Source of the DNA: Vicugna vicugna
Taxonomy: Eukaryota
Reading direction: 5' to 3'
NCBI GenBank assembly: GCA_013265495.1
Contig: MU058781.1
Location: forward strand, 9,033,009-9,097,008
Length of the DNA stretch: 64,000 bases
How positions within the stretch are numbered: position 1 is the stretch's first letter; each line of letters begins with the position of its first letter. The translations under genes were made by a program, and so were the position numbers. Positions 35,906 to 46,030 of this stretch are shown here, in pieces. The notes under the pieces are model-generated. The model was not told the DNA's origin. It saw only the letters and a list, made by a program, of their open reading frames with translations, and made no database searches.

Positions 35906-37262
35906 AATTACACAAAATTGAAACTCTGTCAGATAACCCGGGACGTGGGAGTGTTCATAGGGATAGGAGAGATATTGGAAAAAATGCCATTCCTCAGTGT
36001 GTGACTAACTTTAACAGATTTGGAGTGAGATGGTGAATATGAAGGAAATAATCAGGGTATTTAAACATGTTGAGAATAAACACATTGCATAAAATTTATA
36101 AATATAAAGAAATTCAAAGTAGAGCTGTATTATCTGTGGACTTGAAGTTATTTCTGGAGAATTCATGGAGGAGGTTAATTTGAACACTCTGCTTGAGAAA
36201 GAGGATGGAAGGGTCCCTTTAGTTCATGGGAAAATGGTCCCAGAAAGCGATTTGCTTTGAGGAAAAAAGAACATGAATCCGAAAAAGTGGATCGGCTGAG
36301 CGCCTGGCACCTGGCAGGCAGGGCTTCAGTAGATGAGTGATCTTGCTGGAATGTATGGAGTATCTACCACGTGACCCTCACCTACCCCAGTTTTTAAATG
36401 ATTGTAAACAAACACTAACAGTCAAATAAGGAACAGAGTTACCAGCTTCATTACCCAAAGCCCGCCTTTCCTAGCAAACAGTGGGCAATGTACCCTCCAT
36501 GTCCTGAACCAAAACCCAGACCCCAAGTGGACTTCTTGCTCCCAAAGTCTCAAAGATGGAGACCGGTTCCTACCTCTCAAAGAGCCAGGGCTGCATCTCA
36601 AAGATGCACAGAAAGTCGCAGCCACCAGATGAACCAAGGCAGAGAGGTAGAAAGTGGAAGACAGAACTGTGGGTTCCTAAGCTGCTTCTAGAAGCCAGAC
36701 CCTGCGCCCTGAGAACCACAGGGACCTGGAAGAGGACGGCTCCCTGGCATCGCCATCAGTCCGTGAGGAGGACTCGGGGGTGGGGGTGGGGGGGAGACCG
36801 AGACTTCCCACTTCCTTCCCACTCCAGAACCAGAAGGACCTGACCCACTAGTGCCCCAGTCTCCGCATTCAGAGAAATGACACTTCTTTTTTGGAGGGAT
36901 GAGCAGGGTGTGGGAAGAGGGGCCACCAGTGTTCACCCTACACTGTTGCTTCCTTAGAAATGGGTTTAATTTCCTACCCCTCTTAGCTCCTTATCTGCCT
37001 TTCCTGTAATGTTCACCTCTCATCTCATAGGAAGGGCTTGTGGAAAAGCTGTCTCCTCCTGGCACCATTGCCAGCTTCAGACACCTCTGACATGGTGCCG
37101 TCTTGGGGCTAAACTAAAGCAACAGGGTCTCTTATGAGAATCACATGGTTTTGACAGAGTTAGATGTGCTCTTACCCCCCTGCCCATCTCTCAATTGGGG
37201 CTTGAATCTGGCTTAAATGAGCAGCCTCGAGATCCCAAGGAAGGAGGAAGGAAGTCTTTTTA

Positions 37263-37727
37263 TTTTTATTTTATTTTTTAAAGTGTTATTTATTTTTTAA
37301 ACACCTTTATTGTGGTATGGGTCTTGTACAGTAAACTGCACGTATTTCAGATGTGCAATTTGATTAATTTGATAGATGTCTACACCCATGAAACCACCAC
37401 CACAATCAAGATAGCTAACATTTCCATCACTCACCAAGAGGTGCAATTTTTGAATTCCCAATTTTTCCCTTCCTACCCTCTTTAACCCCTAGTAACCATA
37501 AGTTTGTTCTCTATATCTGTGAGTCTGTTTCTGTTTTATAGATAAGTTCATTTGTGTCTTTTTTTTTGGTTCCACATATGAATGATACATGGCATTTTTC
37601 TTTCTCTTTCTGGCTTACTTCACTTAGAATGATGATCTCCAGGTCCATCCATGTTGCGGCAAATGGCATTGTTTTATTCTTTTTTTGGTTGAGTAGTATT
37701 GCACTGTGTGTATCTATATCTATATAC

Positions 37728-37797
<70 letters not shown>

Positions 37798-38101
37798 CTC
37801 TCTCTCTCTCTCTCATCTCTTCTTTTTCCTCCTATCTAATTTTTCCCTTCCTACCCTCTTTAACCCCTAGTAACCATAAGTTTGTTCTCTATATCTGTGA
37901 GTCTGTTTCTGTTTTATAGATAAGTTCATTTGTGTCTTTTTTTTTGGTTCCACATATGAATGATACATGGCATTTTTCTTTCTCTTTCTGGCTTACTTCA
38001 CTTAGAATGATGATCTCCAGGTCCATCCATGTTGCGGCAAATGGCATTGTTTTATTCTTTTTTTGGTTGAGTAGTATTCCACCGTGTGTATCTATATCTA
38101 T

Positions 38102-38152
<51 letters not shown>

Positions 38153-38437
38153 CTCTATATATCTCTATCTCTCTCTCTCATATCTTCTTTATCCAGTCAT
38201 CTGTTGATGGACATTTGGGTTGTTTCCATGGCTTGACTATTGTAAATAGTGCTGCTGTGAATATTGGGGGTGCGTGTATCTTTTTGAGTTGTTTTTCTCT
38301 GGGTAAATGCCCAGGAGTGGGACTACTGGATCATATAGTAACTCTGTTTTTAGTTGTTTAAGGACCGTCTATCCTGTCCTCCACAGTGGCTGCACCAGTC
38401 TACACTCCCACCGACAGTGTAGGAGGGTTCTTTTTTC
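37263..38437 (-). mobile_element. Chimeric L1 insertion: camelid L1 3' part joined to an older L1M-type 3' end
   Basis: Perfect 15-bp TSD aaggaagtcttttta (37248-37262, 38438-38452); T-rich tail at the left end; junction of the two L1 types near 37441. Confidence 0.9.
37460..38180. repeat. 378-bp-period tandem duplication with (CT)n microsatellites
   Basis: 37460-37700 is identical to 37838-38078; (CT)n runs at about 37731-37814 and 38107-38148. Confidence 0.95.
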
Positions 38438-38492
38438 AAGGAAGTCTTTTTAAAGGGAGGCTTGTGCTTGACTGTTCTGTTCACAAGGACGT

Positions 38493-39125
38493 TATATTAG
38501 TTTCCCAGGGATTCTGTAACAAACTACTTCAAATTGTGTTGCTTAGAACAGTCTCAGTCCTGGTGGCCAGGAGCCTGAAATGAAGGCATTGGCAGGGCCG
38601 CACTCCTCCTGAAGTCTCTAGCAACGCACACCCAGCCTCCTCCAGCTTCTGGCGGCTCCAGGCGTTCTTTAACTTGGGGCTGCAGAATCCCACCTCTGCC
38701 CTGGTCGCCACATGGCCTTCTCCCCTGTGTGTCTGAGTCTCTCAACGCCCCCCCTCCACCGCCACCACCACCTTTTTCTTATAAGAACACTTGTTGGATT
38801 TAGGGACCACCCCAAATCCAGGATGATGTGATTTTGACTTGATTGTGTTTGGGAGGCAGGGGAGGTAATTAGGTAGGTATGTATGTATTTGTTTGTTTGT
38901 TTATTTACATGGAGCTACTGGGGATTGAACCCAGGGCCTGGTGCATGCGAAGCATATGCTCTACCACTGAGCTATAGCTGCCCCCTCCCCCGCACCCCCA
39001 GGATGACCTGATTTTGAGATCCTTAATTACATCCTCAAAGATCTTTCCTCCAAATAGGATCACATTCACAAATTCTGGTGCTTAGGACTTGGACTTCTCT
39101 TTTGGAAAGTTAATATTCAACCCTT
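38493..39125 (-). mobile_element. MLT1B/C-like MaLR solo LTR, interrupted by a SINE
   Basis: 'tattagtttcc...tgtaacaaa...ccagcttctggcggct...cacatggccttctcc...tcttataagaacac...ttaattacatc...cacattcaca'. Confidence 0.85.
38838..38997 (-). mobile_element. tRNA-Ala-derived camelid SINE (vic-1-like)
   Basis: Reverse strand 'tatagctcagtggtagagcatatgcttcgcatgcaccaggccctgggttcaatccccagta' with 'cctaattacctcccc' tail; TSD ccaggatga..tgattttga at 38818-38837 and 38998-39017. Confidence 0.93.
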
Positions 39126-41174
39126 GCTGATGGAAATATTTCTGCCAGGATGATGGCTGATAGGCCGACCACCTCCTTGGAGCAGTGTCTGCTTAGTCCT
39201 GTTCTAACTTTCTCTGTTCTCCGGGGCTTAGGCCCCCCAGTCTGGACCCAGGAACCCAATCTTATCCCTCTCTGCCACCCTCTCCCTAATCTTCCAAACA
39301 CCTCTCCAACCCTCGCATCCTCTCCTTAAGCAGAAAATAAACACGTGGTCCTGGAGAAGTGAAGCAGTTTGTCAAGGTTAGACAACCAGTTAGCAGAGGC
39401 AGGACTGGATCCAGTGTCCTCTCTGAAATAGTTACTTAAAAATCACATGGCCGTGGTTATAAAGCTCAGGGAGTCGAGCTTTTGAATCAGAACGTTCAGC
39501 TTCCTGGATTCCTGGCAGCCTTTCCCGGCTGTTTCCAAAGAAAGTCATCAGCCTGTCACCCTTCTCGCCAGCCCCTCTTACCTTCCCAGTGTCACAGGCA
39601 CGACAAAGTGTGGACAAACCCACTTCTCACCACCTCCTCAGCCAGTCGCCAGCAAGGCGACTCCTCTCATCTCCTGTCCGGGGCAGACCGTGGCGGCGGC
39701 CTCTAGGCGGCCGAGCCACACACGAGCTCTGTGAACTAGGCTGTCGGTTTTTATGTGAACCCTCCTTTATTCACAGTTTGATTTCATTTAGGCTTGGCCC
39801 CACTTCCTGTTCACATGCCAGCCTGTGGCCTTGCACTCACAGGCAGAACTATCTCGTCATCACTACGAAGGAAGGACTCTGCCCCTAGACTGCCGCACAG
39901 GAGCGTGGCTTCTGTGTTTAACTCCATCTTGCCAGGCAGCTCTAGTCCCACAGCAAACACGGCGACTAGGAATTCCATCCTTACTTTGTTTCCTGGAACC
40001 ACACTGGCTTGGAAATGTTTTTGTTTTTATTTTGCTTTTCTCGGATCCAGCTTGTTTTCTCGAGTTCTGGAGGAGTAGGACTAGATAAACCACACTGTAT
40101 GTCTCTGAGAGACAGCCCCCTGAAAAGACTTTAAAGGGAAGATGAATAAAGCGTTCTGCATCTCATCTGACCTTTGAGTGCTTAGGAAATCAGCAAATGC
40201 TTTCTTTGGTAAAGGATGCATCTCAGGACATGTGGGAAGGCTGATCTTTCAGCAAACACTAAATAAACAGTGTCATATAAGAAACAGTCACGGAGCAAGA
40301 GAGGCTCAGTTTTCCATGACATCTTCAGTGGGCATCTCAGGGTGACCAGCGGGGAGCTACACCACAGCCAGGAAGGGGCAGGGTGTGGCTCTCTGGCCAC
40401 TGCCTCAGGGAACACCCCCTGAAATTTGTTCCCAATGTTTTGCCTGTGTTCTCTGACCGACTTGATGTAAACCCACTCTAAGCGTCTGCCTCTTTGTAAA
40501 GCTCATTTATAGTTGGTTGTTGTGGTTTAAATCAGAGAGATTTAAGTCTAAGAATAGCAGGTGGAAACCGGGGGTCACATGTGAGCTCACATGGATGGCC
40601 AGGCTTCAGGAAGGGCCAGAGGACAAAACGAGTTGGATAAACAGCAACTAGCACAGGCCACAGATGCCAGAGCAGAGGTTGGACCCAGGCTGGAACTGAG
40701 CAAGTATGAAACGAAGCTGGGACCGGAGACCAAAGGAAAAATGGTGTTCAGATCTGGTCTCCTCCGCATCCAGGAGCCTGAAGTCAGAGTATACCCCACC
40801 CATGCATATACTCAAATTGAAATCCCAGGGTCCCCATGAAAGGAGGGCATACAGATGCCTGAAGTTCCCCACACTTTTCAAGCTCAAATATGATCTTCTC
40901 AGTATTACTAGGTTTCCCCTCACCATCTGTTCCAAATCAGTACTTTCTTCTCGTCTGCAACCATGAATGGGACTTTGTACCTCTCTTGAGGTACATGGAA
41001 ATGAGATTGAGCCACCAAGAAATGAGGGAATTTGCTAACCTCACACCATGGGACTCAAAGCCAGGACTCAAAACAAGTAATTCCAACTCCATAACCAGCA
41101 TTTTTCACCTAGCTGGGGTAAGATCAATAAAAATTTATGTATGTAGAGTTTGGGTTGACAACACGGCACCCGTT

Positions 41175-41550
41175 TGGGGATATGCAATGGGTAACAATGG
41201 GTCAGGATCTAGAGAAAAGACAAGGCTACAAATGTCAATTTGGGAGTCTGTTGCTTGAAAGCTGTGAGGCTGATGAGAATGTTTAGGGAGAGAATATTAA
41301 GGGAGGCAAAAAAGCTTGAAGATAAGCCCTAAAGGAATGCCCCAGTTCAGAGTAAAGGGCAATATGTGGGCGGGCCAAAAGGATAGAAGGAGCAGTGGGC
41401 GAGAACCAGGGAAGGCTAGGGCCGTTGGAGCTGAGTTAGTTTTAAGGAGGATGCAGTGGTCAAGAGGATTTAAGTAGAGATAATGGTTTGCAGGGATAAT
41501 ATCCAAGAAGAGTCTATTTGAATTAAAGTTAACAAAGCAGTTGACCTTAG
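41175..41550 (-). mobile_element. L2 fragment
   Basis: 'aatttgggagtc...tgaaagc...gatgaga...agccctaaaggaatgcc...gagaaccagg' purine-rich antisense L2 pattern. Confidence 0.55.
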
Positions 41551-41843
41551 GACTCTTCAGTCTAGACTCTTCTCTGAGTTCTGTAGTTGGGTGTTGAAGT
41601 ATTTACTTGACTCCCCCAGACTACCTTAAATCATATATTCAGATGTTCTGAATGTACCTCTTCCTCCCTGCACTCCTCTCCCCAAATCTGATCCAAGGCT
41701 CTTACTTCAGTCAATGGGTCTGTCATCTCTTCAGTTACCCACAAGTAGCTCTTGGTCACGTCTTCTTCCTCGTCTACTGTATACAATCCAACACCTTCTT
41801 AGCTGCAAGGGAAGCTGGGAAATTGGCTGGAGATGGCTTGGAC

Positions 41844-42060
41844 CGGAGTTGGGCAAATGTCTTCTGAGAAGGGCCAGGTGTGGAATTCTTGAGGCTTTGC
41901 AGGCCCTGTGTTCTCCGTGCAGCTACTCGGATCTGTCCTTGGAGCGGAGCAGCCCCAGACGACACATAAATGAGTGGGCTGATCTGTGTTCCAATCACAT
42001 TTTATTTACAAAACCAGGTGGTGGGCTGGATTTGGCCCAGGGATAGTTTGCCAACTGCTG
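41844..42060. mobile_element. MER58A hAT-Charlie MITE inserted in an old MLT1-like LTR (about 41760-42185)
   Basis: Termini 'ggagttgggcaaa' and 'tttgccaactgctg', body 'aagggccag...ggctttgcaggcc...ctgtgttccaat...tttatttacaaaa'; 8-bp TSD gcttggac/gcttaggc. Confidence 0.88.
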
Positions 42061-44152
42061 GCTTAGGCAAAACATGACCTACTTTTAAGAGCTGGGCACA
42101 CTGTAGCTCCACACAAAGTCATGATTCTGTGAGCAAGAAGTCAGAAGAGAGTGGCTGTTGGTGGGCCGTTAACAGCGCCTGCTCTGCCTGGTCAGGGGTG
42201 GTCAGTGCTCAGGCGTGGGGACTGCCCCTTGTTGTGACTACAAACTGCGCATTAGAGGTCTTCGTTGAATTATGGAAGCTGCACTCTTGGTTGATAATAA
42301 ATGTATAATAACAAGTGATACTATAATTTATAATTATAATTATGAAGTAATTTATAGTAAAAAGTGTAGTTGAGTATTTTCTTCCCTGACTTCTGCTCAT
42401 TGAAGAGTGAGTCACTGATCAGTGACTTTGGCCAAGGGGCTCACTAATCCTACAAATCACCAAATGATACATTTTTAAAACTGATGGTCTGCCTGGTGAA
42501 ACCGGATGGAAGGAAAAGTGGGGTTGAAAAAGCTGGAGGGAGCCGTGAGGCTGGAGCACCTGTGCTGGGGAGTATGTTAATTTGTTTGGAAATATTTATC
42601 TCTGCACACATAGACGGTGCCCTTGATGAGTGACTGTATTTGTGCTGCACGGCCACGCTTTCTCTCCACCTTTAATGCAATCAGTACACATTTTAGAGGT
42701 ATGAATATGCAAATGTTGACTAAAGCTTGAATTTTTTAATTAAAAAAGCTAAATCAGGGGAATTACAAGTACCCGATTTAACATTTTAAATATGAACTGA
42801 AACGTTCTCCTTCACTCCCGATTCACTGCTGTGGGTTTCGTTGATGGTCATCATGGAACTTGATGGTTTTATGTCCACCTGTTGCTAAAGGAGCTGGCGT
42901 GGGTTGCGGGGAGATCAGGAGGATGAGGGGTTGGGGGCGGGAGGAGGAGGCTGGCAGGAGCGTGACTCCCGCCCTGTCCTGGCTGGTGGTGGTGGCAGGT
43001 GCAGTGGGGCACCGACTATGTACTTGCGAAGTGTAGCAGCACATAAGTGCCCAGCTGGGAGTTAAATCTCCTAAAGGAAGCGTTTTCCCCAACTCGATTT
43101 TCTCTTAATTCAGAGAAGTTACTTCTAAACTGATGTAACACAACAGCTTAGAACAGTTGTATTTTTCTCCCCCAGGAATCAAGGCAGGCTTTTCTCTGCT
43201 CCCTTTTCAGATTGGTAAACAAATGCTCTCTCTTCAGGCTTTGCTCTTTCTGAAGAGGAAAGCGAGCCTCTCTGCTGGCTTGGGATTAAAGAGTTCACAT
43301 TGCAGTCAGTTGATTATTTATTAAACACTTCCTCATGTGGGATCCAGGACTGTCCATAATTAAATTACAAAGATCCCACCAGGCTCTTTGGAGTTTAGAA
43401 TCTTCCATGGTCCATGTAGCTGGGTGATCTTGGCCAAGTGGCTGGTCATGATATCGGTGGTAATTATACCTTTATAATTTTGCAGCAATTTATTTATAAA
43501 GTATTTCCGCCTGTGTGTCCTTGTTTAATTTGAAACTTGCCTCTGAGCCTCAGGAAGAGAATAGGTCAGGCCATTTCCAAATCCCTTTTGGGGCTTCCAC
43601 TATGAGTTCAATAAGGTGTTTTAAGTGGAGAAAAAAGAAAGAGCTAGACTAATGATAATTGCACCACATTTAACCCTAATTGGTATGCCAGTGTGAACAA
43701 GTGGTAGGAACTCGAGTTTACGGTGACTCAGCAATGCTTAGTCCGTGCTTGCCAACAAGCTCTCAGGATTTATAAAGCTTTTCACTTACATACCCGGTTT
43801 GGTCACTTTGTAAGGGAAATCCCTCCTGTAGCTTATCTCTTCCCTAGTGTTTTTATACCAATTACTATACTCACAGTTCAAGGCATACAATCTGGAATGT
43901 TCCAAGAATGTGAAATTCTTCAAAGGCCGAGGTCCTCCCTGCAACCATGGAGGGCGTACAAAGTGTTGAAGAAGTGACAGGATGATCCAAAGGCAGGGGC
44001 ATTAAGTTCATAGTGACAACAACATTTTAACCCATGTTTCTCTGTGACTTGCCTTTTCTGAAATCAGAGGGCTGACAAGATGTTCTATTGTAATAGCCTG
44101 TTTCAACTAAATGTTGCTTTTATTTACACTCAAGTGAGAAAAATACATACGA

Positions 44153-44356
44153 AATTTTTTTAAACGCTTCATTTTGGAGTAATTCTAGATTTGGAGAAAA
44201 GCTGCAAAGATGATGCAGAGGGTCCCCATGTTCCCCTCACCCAGTTCCCTTACTGTTGACATCTTGCATTATTATGGTACATCTGGAAAACCTAAGAAAC
44301 CACTGATACATTACTGTGAACTCAACTCTAGGCTGTATTTGGATTTTGTCAATTTT
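44153..44356 (-). mobile_element. Old L1 (L1MC/L1MD-like) 3' tip
   Basis: 'attttggagtaattctagattt...aaagctgcaaaga...cccctcacccagttccc...tgacatcttgcatta'. Confidence 0.75.
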
Positions 44357-45924
44357 AGGAAAATATTCAAGTCTCAGATGTCTGAGTCTGGGTACGGGGT
44401 CAGCTCAGCTGTTTCGAATTCTATGAACCTGAGTTGATGGGATCGAGGGCCCTGAATCACAGAATGGCACATTAGTGAAGGATTTTAAGATCCACGTAGT
44501 GCTAACGCATTTTTATAAATGAGGCAAATAAGGTCACTGGGGAAACAAATCACACGGGGCCAACATACTTTCCATTGCACAGCGTGTTCTGCACAAACAG
44601 CTCTGACTAGTGGCCGTTTAGGTCCTGGTTGCCCTTGCCTTGGTGAGAAAGAATCCTTGTACACACAGACACACCTGCAGGGCACACTGAGATGGGAAGC
44701 CCATTCCACTGTACTGTGCAGAAAGACCCCAGATCTCCTGCTCCTTTGAATCTGTTCAAGAAGAAATTGCATGGCAGAACAGATAGGTGGAGTTTCTGTA
44801 AAGGGTGTGATTGAGGGATATTTCCAGCTTTAAACACAACAGCGGAGGAATGAGTCATCCTAACACTCTCCGGGTTTCCTGGCAGTCGGCATTTCGTTGG
44901 GGCTGTGTGTGTGGATATGGGCTAATTTCAGGTGCGTGTAAGGTGGTGTGATCTCGCATGTCGACACAGCAAGGAGTGCAGGAAACCCTCTGTCAACACG
45001 CATAACCATTAGCCTATCTGCAGCTGATGCCTTCGAGCCGTCGTATTGAGTATTGGGGTGACCCGAATACATTTCTCCCTCGCAGTACAGATGGATACCA
45101 GGAAGTGGAGCAGATGCATTGTGGCTAATCAGGCAGAGGCGCAGCAGGCTTCGAGCCAGGATTCACATGCCTTTGTGAACCTTAATTAAAGAGCTCGGTG
45201 CCTCCTTTTGTTTTATCTGTTGCCAGTGTTTGGCCTCCTATTGTGACAGCTTTTCTTTCTTTTCTTTTCTTTCCTTTTTTTTTTCTTTTCTCAAGTAACC
45301 ATCAGTTTGCTGTGATAATCTACTGGGGAAGCGGAACAGTACTGTATCTGGGAAGCAGCAGTAATGCTTGTGGCTGCCCAAGAGCTAAGGAGCTGCTGCT
45401 CCTGCAGCTGCAAACCGATGCTTGCCAGAGCCCACAAGGGAGGCAGGAGAGAGGGTGGAGGGATCCGGGCACCTCAGAACTCATCCCTGCACCGTCTTAG
45501 GCAACAGCCAGCAGAACCACGTGTCCTTAAGAGAGAACGTGCTAAATTATTGAGCAGGCTCTGAACAGCAGGCAAGTGGAAAAGGCATCTGCAGATCTGT
45601 GTTTCACACCCCAGTAATAAATACAGTGTTGAGAGGAGAAATCTGTCCTAGCAAATGCATGGGGCTGGGGACAGACTTCGCTAAGGCGCTCTTCCGTCTT
45701 GCAGAGATTTGAGGCAGAAGTTGCTGGCTGGGCTCAGTGCCCTTCTGTGAACTGGGGAGAAGGTCCAGGGGTGGAGGAGAGATACCTACATTCAGTGAGT
45801 AACTAGGCTTCCTGCCGCTGAGGGAGCTCAAGAGAAAGAAGCCAAGGGAGAACTTTGCGCTGTGGAGAAGGTGTGAAAATGTATCTCCACGCAGGGTCTG
45901 GATTAAGGGATGTGTTGCCCCTCA

Positions 45925-46030
45925 GAGCAAGCTTCTTGAGGGCAAGAACCACCCCTTACTTGCTATTCTCTTTCTAGTTCTTTGACCAGAGCCCGGTACA
46001 TACTACTCAGCTCAGTCAGTGTTTCCTGGG
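45925..46030 (+). mobile_element. L2 3' tip
   Basis: 'aagcttcttgagggcaagaacc...cagagcccggtacata...ctcagt'. Confidence 0.6.

Noticed and set aside
36777..36795. G-run cluster as a G-quadruplex
   Set aside because: Short and common in mammalian DNA, with no supporting context
37554..38361. Duplicated ORFs with SLSLSL repeats
   Set aside because: Antisense L1 3'UTR plus (CT)n inside the tandem duplication
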